Notes: a model not told the origin generated them from the sequence alone. A stretch of DNA of 64,000 nucleotides from Chiloscyllium plagiosum (GCF_004010195.1 NC_057718.1:103153276-103217275); one strand, 5' to 3'; counted from the first letter of the stretch, positions 21,931-34,840 are shown. Numbers and translations: made by a program.

Positions 21931-24469
21931 CAATAATGCACAACTCCCAGAGTCAGGAAACTACAGCTGAGCCAGGAAAATCCCAACCTTTGGGACAGTG
22001 AGATAATATTTCAAGAGAAAGAAGTACGGGGGAAGGTATCTCCAGTATGACCACAACGTTTGGGAAATCTCTCCTTAATTAATGGTGTGTATCAGCAAGA
22101 GGAAATGGTATTACTGTTCCAGTGCATATAATTCCCTGACTCCCTCTGACCTACCTAGCCTGAAGTTATGACTGATCATGTCTAATTATAATTTTATTAT
22201 GAAAATCTGCTTTCTCTCAGTGACTAACATAAAAATATTTTCTTAATGTTCTACTATTAATGATTCTCTGCTTGTTTAATTATCACAGTTATCGTCTTTT
22301 CTTAATGTTTTCTTAATCTGAATTTCACAGTAATAAAAAAGATCATTCATTCATTTATCCATGTGTGCTTAATTTATTGCTGGGCCTCAGTGATTTCGTT
22401 TAGATAATCTCCCAATGATCTAGTAGGTGGAAGTCAGGTATCCTCTCACTTTAGTTTCACTTACCTCAGTCGTTACTCTGGATCTAAGACACTCTGGCTG
22501 TGGAATAATCACTTGGACAGAAGTCACCAAGTGCTGTAACTCGGGGATAACATCAATTTAATGAAGAGAGAGAGGTGGCACAAGTCATGGGCACCTTTCA
22601 ATTGCTTGGGCGTTTGTGCAAATCATTTTATGGCTACCTTAGTGATGATGGCTGTCAAAATAATAGTCTGTAGTTGAAAGGTCAGGAAAAATATGCAAAA
22701 GACTTTGGAGTGTGCCAGACAATAGTGTAACCTTTAGACCACTGAATCATGGAGCTTTACTGATCCTCAAATGAGCTCAGAAGTTAGTAGCAGAGAGTGG
22801 ATTAATGTGATGTACCTCTGGATTGTTCCTTCCAAAAGACGATAACTGTGATAATTAAACAAGCAGAGAATCATTACTAGTAGAACTCATCTCTATACAT
22901 ATCTGATAGGGAACAGCTTTGCCTGTTTCCTTAATAGAGTCTTAGCTGCAAGATGTTTAACCCCTTCTGCTGTCAGTTTCTGAAGGGCAGTGCAACCACA
23001 GCTTTGTTTGGGTTTATACCACGGCTGTGATCTGTCCTTCAAAGCTGGCATGTCACTCGAGGGGTGGTGCAAGTGACCTTTCCCCTCTTAGCCAACTTCT
23101 ATACACAGAAGGTCTGCCCCGAGTAGGGAAATTGCCATTTAATCGTTTATGTTTACTGGGTCAGACTCCCTTCGGTAATTCAAGACCAGAGGAAATAAGG
23201 GCCAAGTGTGTGTGCTCTAGACCAGAAATGGTGAAGAAATGGACCCATTCATTTTTCTAGGTTTCATTTTTTTTCAGAAAAAGGCAATGTATTTGTGATA
23301 GTGTGATGTTTTGTTCATTGTGTGGAGCTCCAGTGATTAACAAGCAGCTTTTCAGAATAGTGTAACCATGAGCCACATCCCGTGTGTGTAAGAGGAACAA
23401 ATAGAGATTGTGCTAAAACAATTATCATTTTGTTGCTTAATATGTCAAACAAGAGGTCAAGTACAATTTTGAAGCTGTTTCTCGATGAGGCCGAAGCTTT
23501 TGTGACTTGGTTCTCATCCATCAGAGGAAGCGATTTTAGCAATCGAATCCAGCGCTTAGAACTATTGAGGCAAATGGACATTTTGCGATAAGGACAAAAT
23601 TCTTCAGTAACAACCTATACCTTTTTTTTTCCAAATCAAACAATTGGTTAGCTTTTTTTTTAACTTGTTAACTTGTGAACAAACTTTACAATCTTTATTG
23701 ATCAACATGATGATTCTCAAGCTACCCAAGCAGCTATCTATTGTACGGTGCACCCACCGGAGAAGAACATTGACTGAGCTTCAACGTTTCACTCAGTAAT
23801 GTTGCTTTGGTATACTTCGCAATTTTCCCCTATCATCGAGCCGTTTCTGTTGAAGTGAATGCTGTGCTGACAGAGTTTCCCTCTCTCGTGGTTGCACTGA
23901 CCCAGATGGCCTTTGGCAGTGAAATTTAATACACTCTGCTCCACAGTCAAATCATCAAATTTTCCTGTGTGTATGTTAAGAGTCCTGTAATGTGCCTCTG
24001 TTACAAAACAATGGCAGCATAATTGCCTTTGGTGGTAATGACCTAATGGCTGAGTCCTGTTCACTGCAGCTTCTCTGGGCTTATACATTTTGTTATTTGT
24101 GTTTTTGACATTGATTGATATAGTTTCTTGATTCAGACGTCGAGTGTATTTGTTTGACTTGTTAACGCTGGCTGCACATTTAACAAAAGACAACTTTGCT
24201 TTCTTTCATTTTCTTTCTGTCTCTGCTTGTCTCGTGTTCAAAGACTGAGGGAATGGTTTTTCGGCAAGTCATGAGCGTGCAGAAGAAGTCGAGAGGAGCC
24301 AGGATGGGGCTTTTAGATGAATGACCAGTTTAGTCAATGATAAATACAAGATTTACCTCAGTCAATGGGCAGCAGCCAGCAGTAGCAGACTGGTTAAACA
24401 GCGCATCACCACATTAAATGCCACCTGGTACTCAAATCAAAGAGAGTGAATGGCATCTCAATGCTTGGT

Positions 24470-25200
24470 GTCATAGGAACATACAGCACGGAAACAGGCC
24501 ATTTGGTCCATCTCGTCCATGCCGACCAGATAGCCTAAATTAATCTAGTTCCATTTGCCAGTATTTGGCCCATATCCCTCTAAACCCTTCCTACTCATAT
24601 ACCCATCTAGATGCCTTTTAAATGCTGTAATTGTACCAGTCTCCACCACTTTCTCTGGCAGCTGATTCCATACATGTGCCACCCTCTGTGTGAAAACATT
24701 GCCCCTTAGGTTTCTTTAAAATCTACTTCCTCTCACCTTAAATCTGTGCCCTCTAGTTTTGGATTCCCCTACCCTAGGGAAAAGACTTTGCCTGTTCATC
24801 CTATCCATGCCCCTCATGAAACTATAAGGTCACCCTTCAGCCTCTGACACTCCAGGAAAAACAGCCCCAGCCTATTCAGCCTCTCCCTAAAACTCAAACC
24901 CCTAACCCTGGCAACGTCCTTGTAAATCTTTTCTGAACCCTTTCAAGTTTCACAACATCCTTCCTACAGCATGGAGACCAGAATTGAATGCAGTATTCCA
25001 AAAGTGGCTTAACTAATGTCCTGTACAGCCACAACATGACCTCCCAACTCCTATACTCAACGCACTGACCAATAAAGGCAGACATACCAAATGCCATCTT
25101 CACTATCCTATCTACCTGCGACTCCACTTTCAAGGAGCTATGAACCTACACTCCAAGGTGTCCCTGTTCAGCCACACTCTACAAGACCTTATCCGTCCTG
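24470..25200 (-). mobile_element. CR1 LINE 3' fragment
   Basis: ORF 24894-25133(-) LYRTLVKPLLEYCIQFWSPCCRKDVVKLERVQKRFTR. Confidence 0.9.
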
Positions 25201-25399
25201 CCCTGGTTTGCTTCAGCTCATATTCTGCCCTGATAGCCTCGACTGTTTGGGAGTGACCATGGAATGATTTTACTGAATTTGTGCTGCTGTGTTTCATCAG
25301 ACCGTAAGAAGCAGGAAGAGAGGTAGGCCATTCAGCCCATCAGTCTGCTCTGCCATTCAATGAGCTGAAAAACCCTGTGTCAGCTCAATCATTGAATAT

Positions 25400-25622
25400 A
25401 CTTAAGCCAGAGGGTGGTGACTCTGTGGAACCCATTGTCTCAGAGGGCTGTGGAGGCCCAGGCATTGAGTGTCTTTGAGACAGAGATAGATAGTTTCTTG
25501 ATTGGTGAGGGGATCAAGGGTAACCGGGAGAAGGCAGGAGAATGGGATTGAGAAATGTATCAGCCATGATCGAATCAATGGGCCAAATGGCCTAATTCTG
25601 CACCTGTATCTCCTGGTCTTAT
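25400..25622 (+). mobile_element. CR1 3' end
   Basis: CAGAGGGTGGTGACTCTGTGGAAC..GATAGATAGTTTCTTGATT..GGGCCAAATGGCCTAATTCTGC. Confidence 0.8.
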
Positions 25623-26369
25623 AAACTGAGAACACACACATGGCCTCACTTTAACATCTCATATTGCCAGCGAGGCATGCAACAGCACAGCATTCCTGCA
25701 ATACTCCTCTGGAATGTCAGCCCCCTGCTTGAATTTCTGGGATGGGATTGGAGCAACAGGTTTGAACTTTTTGAATTGTTAACACTTGGTCCTGAATGTT
25801 CTAGCAACAAGCTGCATCATATCATTTACACTTGGTCATCGTTCACTCCTGTGAAACTGAAATCATTGGACATACTGCACCCTCATCAGAGGCAGGATTC
25901 AGGTGTCTTAGATTTGTGTTAGATTACAAAATACTCAAAGTTCCTTCACTTTCATGCAACTTTCCGTCTGACCGAAATAAATGTTTAATATCCACTCAAG
26001 GTCACAAGATTGATTCTTAGACTGAGCTGAGTTCGCTGATCTCAACAAATACAAGGGAAGACTTGAAATACTGAGGCCACTGTTCATTAGAGAGGATTAA
26101 TGGATGATTTGATAGAAGTGATTTATATTATGAAGTGTTCAAACTGAGTAGCTAGAATCAAGCTGCTTGAAGGGTCAAAAACAAAGGGATATAGATTAAA
26201 TCAAAGAGATTTAGGAAGGAAAGCATGTGGGATATGTTACCAAAAGGGTTGTAAGATTTCACAAATGGAGCATAATGGAAATGGAAACTGGGATAACATT
26301 GAAGAATTGTTTAAGTCAGACACAGAGGAAAGAGAAGTAAATGTGAGAATTTGACATGTTTTAACATTG

Positions 26370-27575
26370 ATGGGATGTGACTGGGCCAGCATTCCTTGTC
26401 CTGTCCCTAGTTGCTTTTTGAGAAGGTGGTGGTGAGCTGCCTTATTGAATCACTGCAGTTTGTGTACTGCAGATCAACCCACAACATTGTCATGGAGGGA
26501 CTTCCAGGGTTTTGACCCTGCGACACTGAAGGAACGGCGACAGATTTCCAAGTCGGGATGGTGAGTGGCTTGGAGGGAAACTTGCAGGGGGGTGGTGTTC
26601 CCATGTATCTGCTGGTCTTGCCCTTCTAGATGGAAGTAGTCGTGGTTTTGGAAGGTGCTGTCTGAGGATCTTTGGTGAATTTTGGCAGTGCATCTTGTAA
26701 ACAGTATACATTGCTGCGACTGAGCGTCAGTGGTGGAAGGAGTAGATGTTTGTGGATGTGGCGCCAGCCAAGTGGGCTGTTTTGTCCTGGATGGTATCAG
26801 GCTTCTTGAGTGTTGTTGGAGCTGCCCCCATCGAGGCAAGAGGAGAGTATTCCATCATACTCCTGACTTGTGACTTGTAGATGGTGGACAGGCTTTGGTG
26901 AGTCAGGAGGTAAGTTTCTCACCGCAGTATTCCTAGCCTCTGACCTGCTGTTATAGCCACTGTGTTTATATGGTGAATCCAGTTGAATTTCTGGTAACCC
27001 TCAGGATGCTGATCATAGGAGATTCAGTGATGGCAACACCATTGAATGTAAAGGGTTATGGTTAATTTTTCTCTTGTTGGAGATGGTCAGAGCCTGACAT
27101 TTGTGTGGCGTGAATGTTATTTGCTACTTGTCAGCCTAAGCCTGGATATTGTCCAGATCTTGTTACACTTGAACATGGACTGCTTCAGTATCTGAGGAGT
27201 GGCAAATGGTGCTAAACATTGTGCAATTATCAGCAAATATCCCCACTTCTGATCTGATGATGGAGGGAAGGTCATTGATGAAGCAGCTGAGGATGGTTGG
27301 GCTAATGACACTACCCTGAGGAACTCCTGCAGAGATGTCCTGGAGCTGAGATGCTTGGCTTCCAATAACCACAACCATCTCTCTTATGTCAGGTATGACA
27401 CCAACCAGCAGAGAGTTTGCCCCCTGATACCCATTGATTCCAGTTTTACTTGGGCTCCTTGATGACACACTTGGTCGAATGCAACCTTGATGTCATGGGC
27501 TGTCACTCTCCCTCCCCTCTGGAATTCAGTTCCTTTGTCCATGTTTGAACCAAGGCTGTAATGAGGTCAGGAGCT
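26370..27575 (-). mobile_element. CR1/L2-superfamily LINE, RT C-terminal half plus 3' UTR
   Basis: ORF 27163-27468(-) ISAGVPQGSVISPTILSCFINDLP..GIFADNCTMF (RT motifs; catalytic DD decayed to DN). The 3' part matches 47160-47500. Confidence 0.9.
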
Positions 27576-27577
27576 GT

Positions 27578-27865
27578 AATCCAGAGCCCCACATTAACAT
27601 TGTGGGGCTATCAGTTTGCATTCCTCCATGCCAGTTGGTAAAATTTGAATCCAATTAAAATCTAGGATAAAATGCTAGTGTAATAACCCATCTGGTTCAC
27701 TAATGTCCCTCAGGGAAGGAAACTGCCATCATTACCTGGTCTGGCCAACACATTACTCCAGACCCACAGCAATGTGATTGACTCCTAATTGCCTTCTGGG
27801 CAACTTAGGATAGACAATAAATGCTCCCAACCAGTAACACCCACTACATCCCATCAATGAATAAG
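27578..27865 (+). mobile_element. tRNA-derived SINE with CR1/L2-type tail
   Basis: GTAATCCAGAG..CCCATCTGGTTCACTAATGTCC..GGGAAGGAAACTGCC..CTCCAGACCCACAGCAATGTG..CAATAAATGCT. Confidence 0.75.
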
Positions 27866-28157
27866 TTGTTGGATGAGGACAGAAAGCAACATTTTGGTGA
27901 TGATTGGGATTAATGAGCTCATTAATAGCCATGGCCCTGGCTCAGAATGGTGCTGTGGTAGTGCTCCTCCCTCTGGTCCAGCTGGTCTGGGTTGAAGTCC
28001 TACCTGCTTCAGAGTTGTATCGTGACTTGAGAGACAGTGACCATCCAAATGCACCTCAGCAAGTAGTAATCACCAGTAAGAGGTGGGGGAAGAGGAGGAA
28101 ACTGGTACATTAAGGGGTGGCATGTAGGGACTTTGCCACCAAAGCTGGGTAAGATGC

Positions 28158-28260
28158 TATTCCTGATGAAGGGCTTTTGCCTGAAACGTCGATTTTCCTG
28201 TTCCTCGGATGCTGCCTGACCTGCTGTGCTTTTCCGGCACCACTCTGATCCAAACTCTCT
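28158..28260 (+). mobile_element. Penelope-like family A end with hammerhead motif (28163-28190)
   Basis: CTGATGAAGGGCTTTTGCCTGAAACGTC followed by the family tail. Confidence 0.75.
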
Positions 28261-28774
28261 ATCTTCATTGGCAATGCAACAGCACCACACACGGCCATAA
28301 CAAAAGAGTTTAGATTAAGGAGACACTGAGCCCCTCAGGATCAGTTGCAGGTTGAGCAAGGTCTATGGCTTGCTCGGGAGTCGGGAGCATTAAATCAGGT
28401 TCTCTTTAACACACTGTCATGCTGATTTCTAACTTCTTACAATGTCCATCTATCTTAGAGATTGCACCCTTCTGACCAGGAGAGACACTTTGAGTTGGAT
28501 TTATAACCAGCCTTCAGCATGTTTATCATGTCATGCATGACTTCCCCTACAGCTTTAAAATCAGCAAAAATTTTTTAAAAGCATAAAATGATGAGTTGGG
28601 GAACAGCTGAAAAGAAAATGATAGTTTGTGGCCCAGAATGCTGTTGTGAGCTGTATTCTGAGCCCAGAGTATTTTACTCAGCAGCGAGAGTGTGGTGGCA
28701 ACTTCTTTGGCAAGTCATCCCAAATCCGAGATCAATATCCTCGGGAAATCTGTTCCATTCCCGCTGGAACAAAT

Positions 28775-29035
28775 AGTGAAATTTGAGTTCCATAAAATGG
28801 GAAACAATTTGGAATCAGAAAGCTAGCCTAACTATTGTTGAAACCCATCTGGTTTGCTAATGTCCTTTAGGGAAATAATTCTGCCATCCTTACCTGGTCT
28901 GACCGACATGTGGCTTTAAACCCACAGCAATGCAGTTGATACCAAACTGACCTTAGGGTAATTAGTGTCAGGCAATAAATGATGCTCTTGTTGGTGATAG
29001 CCACATCGCATGAGCAAATTGATTTAAAAAAAAGC
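28775..29035 (+). mobile_element. Partial tRNA-derived SINE with CR1/L2-type tail
   Basis: CCCATCTGGTTTGCTAATGTCCTTTAGGGAA..CTGCCATCCTTACCTGGTCTG..CCCACAGCAATG..GGCAATAAATG. Confidence 0.7.
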
Positions 29036-29766
29036 CTTCGTGATCATTGTTGCATTGTAACTTTATCTCAAAATAAACTACATCCAGCTGATATGGTGAC
29101 TTGTGATACCGTAGCACAGCCCATCATAGTTAACATTATAGAGTGAATCATGTATGTCATGTACGCATCCCACTTTAATTTGAAAAATGACACACCAAGG
29201 TGGGATAGTGAATACTGAGTGGGTGCAGCGTGGAATTGTTGATCAAAGGCAAATTGTGTCTGCGTGTGTGTGTGAGAAAGAGAGAACGGGAGAGAGAGTG
29301 GGAGAGAGCAGGTGAGACTTGAACCCCTGGCTCAGAGGCAGGGACACTACCCCCAACCCACAGAGCCCCCTGCCTCCCCCACCCCATGACTAAATTCAAA
29401 TTACCTCACTCATTGCCAGTACATCTGCAAAGTCCAACCAGAGAGCTCAGCTGAACTACCAATCGGGGCACTGAAAGTACGACCAATCAGCGCAAGGAAA
29501 AGCTATCACCTTAATAAGTTGTTCTGAGAAAATCTCTCACCTTCTAGACAGAGTCTTGCCTGGATGATGAGTATTACAGCCTCATGTTCATGACCCCAGA
29601 CAATTTGCTCACTGTCCATGGGAGCCATGGTTTGGGGATATACAGGGATCATTGATTAATATCCCATAATGATCTGGTGGTTCATATTGAATTGCAAAGT
29701 AACAAGAGAGAGGAGCTATAGCACAGGGGGTGGAGGATTACCAAAAGGGAGGCCTAACTCCCTTAT

Positions 29767-30083
29767 GGGTGGCACGGTGACTCAGTGGTTAGCACTGCTG
29801 CCTCACAGCGCCAGGGACCCCAGTTTGGTTCCAGCCTCGGCCTACTGCCTGTGTGGAGTTTGCACATTCTCCCCATGTCTGTGTGGGTTTCCTCCGGGTG
29901 CTCCAGTTTCCTCCTACATTCCTAAAGATGTGCGGGTCAGGTGAATTGGTTATGCTAAATTACCCATAGTGTTAGGTGCATTAGTCAGGGGAAAATGAGT
30001 CTGCGTGGGTTACTCTTCAGAGGGTCAGTGTGGACATGTTGGGCTGAAGGGCCTGTTTCCACGCTGCTGGGAATCTAATCTAA
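29767..30083 (+). mobile_element. HE1-like V-SINE
   Basis: GGGTGGCACGGTGACTCAGTGGTTAGCACTGCTGCCTCACAGCGCCAGGGACCC..V-domain..(AATCT)n tail. Confidence 0.9.
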
Positions 30084-30159
30084 CAAACATAAAATGTGTC
30101 AATGTAAACAGAAGGGTACACAGCAAAATTCCCTCTCTACCATTGGAGGAAAAAACTGA

Positions 30160-30274
30160 TTTAATTTATTGTAGTCACATGGACCTAAATACAGTGAAAA
30201 GGTTTGGTTTGTGAGCAGTATCAGAGCAAACTGGGACATACAGATCATAGGGTGCTTAGACAGAGTGAGGCATA
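30160..30274 (-). mobile_element. Rex1-type 3' end running into the gap
   Basis: Reverse complement of 57830-57955. Confidence 0.65.
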
Positions 30275-30774
30275 NNNNNNNNNNNNNNNNNNNNNNNNNN
30301 NNNNNNNNNNNNNNNNNNNNNNNNNNNNNNNNNNNNNNNNNNNNNNNNNNNNNNNNNNNNNNNNNNNNNNNNNNNNNNNNNNNNNNNNNNNNNNNNNNNN
30401 NNNNNNNNNNNNNNNNNNNNNNNNNNNNNNNNNNNNNNNNNNNNNNNNNNNNNNNNNNNNNNNNNNNNNNNNNNNNNNNNNNNNNNNNNNNNNNNNNNNN
30501 NNNNNNNNNNNNNNNNNNNNNNNNNNNNNNNNNNNNNNNNNNNNNNNNNNNNNNNNNNNNNNNNNNNNNNNNNNNNNNNNNNNNNNNNNNNNNNNNNNNN
30601 NNNNNNNNNNNNNNNNNNNNNNNNNNNNNNNNNNNNNNNNNNNNNNNNNNNNNNNNNNNNNNNNNNNNNNNNNNNNNNNNNNNNNNNNNNNNNNNNNNNN
30701 NNNNNNNNNNNNNNNNNNNNNNNNNNNNNNNNNNNNNNNNNNNNNNNNNNNNNNNNNNNNNNNNNNNNNNNNNN
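30275..30774. other. Assembly gap (exactly 500 N, probably a placeholder length)
   Basis: Run of N. Confidence 1.
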
Positions 30775-31660
30775 GTACATAACCTTGACAAGTGTGTTAA
30801 TTATCATGGCAGATAGCTTCTTTACAAAATAGAAATACTATATCCGCTGACTGCTTCAAAATGCTGACAAGGTGGCAGGCTATCTATCAGGGCTTACTAC
30901 AGCCAGCCACAAAGTTACATGATATTCTGCTTTGAGCCCGCCCTGTATACCATCGGTCTGATTGATCAGGATGAAGCCTCAAACAGTTACAGAAAGCGAA
31001 ACACTTACACAGTATCCGAGATGAGTTTGATCTAATGGAAACATTGTTAATCGCTGTGTTTAATTAACATGCCTTATTAGGTGTAAACCTGCCAAATGGG
31101 AGTATTGATAATGACGTGGCTAAGGGATGTTAATTGTAATGACACCAGTCTTCCGTTTGTTTATCCCCCAGTGCTGCATGTCATCAGAGCTGTGGGATAT
31201 TAAATGACCCCCTGTGATAGATGAAGTTTTGAGCATACATATTTATTTGTGACTGTTTAACTCATTGCAGCAATCAATCATGAAGAGTTTATGTATTTAA
31301 ATATGTTGTCACGATTTCAGTATGCTCAGTGAATCTAGTAGATGCAGCTACCCTCCTTGTGTTGTTAAACAGGGTGAGTTAACAGATTGTTCCTCACGTG
31401 CGGGGTAACATGGACTGGCTGGGCCGAATGGCCTGATTCCTTGTTGTAACCTGGTGCTTTGTATACTCCTTATCAATAACATAAAGACGCACAGAATTGG
31501 CATCTGCAGACCTCACTTTCTCAACGTACAGTTTCAAACAGGATTCCATGTGTAACATTGGGCTGTAACTGGACACTGCAGGTCTTTTGCTGTTGATGGA
31601 CCCACTGCCTGAAGATCAGTCTGATTGATTGGTTTCCTTTTTAATTGTACAGTCATTGAT

Positions 31661-31865
31661 GGGGCTTGGTTAGCTCAGTTGGCTGGCCTGCTGATTTGTG
31701 AGGCCAACAGTGTGGGTTCCACTCCCAGACAGACTGAGGTTACCATGAAGGACTCTTCTTCTCAACCTCAGGCATGGTGACCCTCCGGTTAAACCACCAT
31801 CAATATCTCTCTAATCAGAGAGAGCAGCCATGAGGCCTGATAAGACTACAATGACGTTCCCTTTA
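31661..31865 (+). mobile_element. Short tRNA-derived SINE (third family)
   Basis: GGGGCTTGGTTAGCTCAGTTGG..GCCAACAGTGTGGGTTCCACTCCC..GGTGACCCTC.GGTTAAACCACCA..AGAGAGCAGCC. Confidence 0.65.
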
Positions 31866-32349
31866 CAATAATTGAGAATTTGATAGTGTTCAGGCTATGG
31901 TCCCTTAACTAAGGGACCATTATTGCTGCCACATCCAGGGAGCACATTGACACCTTGGATTTGGAGATGAGAGTCTGTAATCTGCATCACTGTAGGTCTG
32001 CAAAGGTTACATTCCAGTTCTGTCCTTCACCACCTGGCAACCTGCTCAACACATTTAAACACCAACCAGTCTCCTTAGAGCCTTTTGTTAAATTCCAAAA
32101 TTCGTGAGTTGGTTTCCAAATATGCTCGCAGGTTTAAAGGATCTTATCCCCTCACGTGGATCTTTTTCAGTTATCTTAAACAACTCTCCTGGTACTGGAA
32201 ACTATTTTTCCTGACCACTCTATCATTGTCTTCTTAAGTTTGTACACGTTGAATAAACAGCACCTTAACCTTCTTGTTTCATTATCTGCTCATGTGGATT
32301 CTTTGTCACTTGATACTAGCTCAGTTCACACTCTCTGGTAATTGCTATA

Positions 32350-32580
32350 CTATGTCCAGAATGAGAGTTCACAGTCTAAGGATAAATTTTGGTCTGAAGT
32401 GAGGAGAAATGGCTTCCCCCAGAGAGCAGGGAACCTATAGAATTATCTGCCACAGAAAGTGGTTGAGGGCAAATCATTGAATGATTCCAAGAAGGAGTTC
32501 GATCTTAGGGCTAAAGGGATCAAATGGAATGGGGGGAAAGTGGGAGCAGGGAACTGAGTTTGATGATCAGGTTGAATGGT
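32350..32580 (+). mobile_element. CR1 3' fragment (degenerate)
   Basis: CACAGTCTAAGGATA..GAGGAGAAAT..CTGCCACAGAAAGTGGTTGAGG..TAAAGGGATCAA. Confidence 0.7.
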
Positions 32581-33574
32581 GTATTGGCAGGGGCGAGTGT
32601 GGAGTGCGAGCGGGGTGTGGAAGTAACAGGGAGGTGGGGTGGCTACAGCAGGACAAATGTCAGGGGTGGGTGCAGGGATTCATGGCAGGGAGGTGGAGGG
32701 TTTCAGAATGGGTCAGAAGCCTGCACTGAGAATGGGAGATGTGCAAGTTGGGGAAGGCTGCAACAGGAGCCAGCCTTCTCTCCACCTGGGACTGATAGGA
32801 AGCCTAGAGTGAGATTGGGAAGCCCACAGAGGAAGTGGGAGAGAGGAGGAAAGTCACTGAAGAAAATAAAATATCTTTTTATTCTGCCTCGCAAGTTAAT
32901 TTACACCCAGTAGGCACGATCTTAGACAGGCAGCTGCTTCCTGTCACTTGAGAAAATCAACAGTTTTCTGCTCTTTGGCCATCAAGAGGTTCTGTCCAAA
33001 TGGGAGCTCAACTTTTCATTAAAATCATCACCACACTTCACTGCTCAGAGAGGAATCTCCCTATGACCGATGACCTTCACCCTGTAGAGAAGATAAAATG
33101 ACCATAATCCATTTGGACAACAGGACTGACAAAGGTTTAACCTGGAGGTCATCGTGCCTCAGATGAGGGGAGAGATTGAGAAGGAAAGTCCTTCGTCGTG
33201 CTCTCAGCCGAGATGGGAATTGAATCCACGCTGTTGGTCCCATTCCATATTGTAAACCAGCAATCCAGCCAACTGACCCCCAGTCATTCCTGGCAGTCCC
33301 TGTTTAAGACCTTGATGTTCTTCCTAAAGCTTAGCTGCCAGAATGGGATGCAGTACATTAGCTGATACCTTAGCAGTAACATATAAAAGGTTAGCATAAT
33401 TTCTATGCTTTTCTGCCCCTTTGAAAGATTATTCAATGTGAATTCCCAAGCCCCTTTTTCCAAAACCCTTTTTAAAACTGAACTGTTTAATTTAAATAAC
33501 CTTTACAGATTGGAACTCCTCTTCATAGTTTAACTGGTAGTTTTCAATGTTAAATAAGTAAAATAGCTTCTTTA

Positions 33575-34085
33575 TTCTTTCATAGGATTTGGACATGATT
33601 GGCAAGGCCAGGATTTGTTACCCATCCCTAATTGCCCTGGAACTGAGTGATTTGCTGAGCCATTTCAGAGGGCAGTTAAGGGTAAACCGCATTGCTGCGG
33701 GTCTGGACTCACATGTAGGCCAGACTGAGCAAGGATGGCAGATTTCCTTCCCTAAAGGACATGAGTGAACCGGATGGGTGTTTTTAGATGTTTATTCAGG
33801 GAATCTGGGTGTCACTGGCTGGCCTAGCATTTTATTCCCCATCCTTAATTGAGCTTGTGAAGGTGATGATGCTTCAGTCCTTGGGCTGTAGGTAGACCCA
33901 CAATGCCCTGAGGGAGGGAATTCCAGGACATTGACCCAGTAAGAGCGAGGGAAAAATGATATATTTCCCAGTCAGGATGGTGAGTGACTTGGAGGGGAAC
34001 TTGCAGGGGGTGGTGTTCCCACGTATCTACTCCTCTTAATGATCACAGGTTTGGAAACTATGAAGGAACCTCGGAGAATTTCTTC
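33575..34085 (-). mobile_element. SINE 3' half (33575-33790) next to a CR1/L2-type LINE 3' end (33790-34085)
   Basis: Two successive reverse-complement tails (CCCATCCCTAATTGCCC; CCCATCCTTAATTG); the second continues into sequence matching 26400-26680. Confidence 0.75.
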
Positions 34086-34469
34086 AGTGAGGTTTATTAT
34101 AACCATCATTTCTCTGCTCAGAGAAGAATCCCAGCTTTTCCAGTCTCGTCCTATAACTGATTACCTCTTTCTTTTCGAGATGATAAAAATGCCATAGTCC
34201 TCTGGACCATAGGTCTGCTCTCTCATTAGACAGAGAGACAACTGGCCAGGATTTACCTGATGATAGCTTCAAGAATCTTTATATTCCAAATTTGTTCATG
34301 AGATGTAAGTTCTTCCAGCTGCTATGATGGGGTTCCTGGTCCAGTCAGATGACCATTCTGCCACCGTCCAACCCCATTAATGTTTGATACAAAAACCTCC
34401 TTTTTACTCATTATAAAACTAAAGGTTAGCACCATTTAATCATTGCACCTTGACTCATTCTTTTGATCT

Positions 34470-34840
34470 CAAAGAACAAAGAACAGGAGAGCACAGGAAC
34501 AAGCCCTTCAGCCCTCCATGCCTGCACCATCACATTTTGCCCTTCCATACTAACCCTGTCTTCACTTACAGGATCCATCTCCTTCTCTTCTCTTCCTGTT
34601 CCTGTGTTCGTACAGGCGCTTCTTGAATGCTGCTATTGTGACTACTCCCCCACCTCCTCTGGCAGTGTGTTCTAAGCACTCACCACCATTTGTGTGAAAA
34701 ACCTGTCTCACACATCTCTTTTAACCTTCCCCCCCCCCGTCACCTTGAATCTGTGTCCCCTAGTAATTGATTTCTCCACTGTGGGAGAAAGCTTCACACT
34801 TTCCACTCTATCCATGCCATTCACAATCGTATCAAACTAT
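34470..34840 (-). mobile_element. CR1 3' fragment
   Basis: (CAAAGAA)n tail, ACAGGAACAAGCCCTTCAGCCC, CTCTGGCAGTG..ACCACC.TTTGTGTGAAAA..CTCTATCCATGCC. Confidence 0.8.

Noticed and set aside
23315..23591. Overlapping 69-aa and 88-aa ORFs in unique DNA
   Set aside because: No recognisable domain, a length expected by chance, and no convincing splice context.
29767..29840. tRNA-like sequences with A and B boxes (also 8861, 36006, 44918, 45526 and others)
   Set aside because: They continue into V-domain or other SINE bodies and lack a proper cloverleaf; these are SINE heads, not tRNA genes.
31897..31920. Perfect short palindrome ATGGTCCCTTA-AC-TAAGGGACCAT
   Set aside because: Isolated 11-bp arms with no supporting context; cannot be distinguished from a chance or local repair event.
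32580..32860. G-rich purine tract, possible G-quadruplex or unknown repeat
   Set aside because: G-runs are irregularly spaced and I could not match the tract to another copy in the window.
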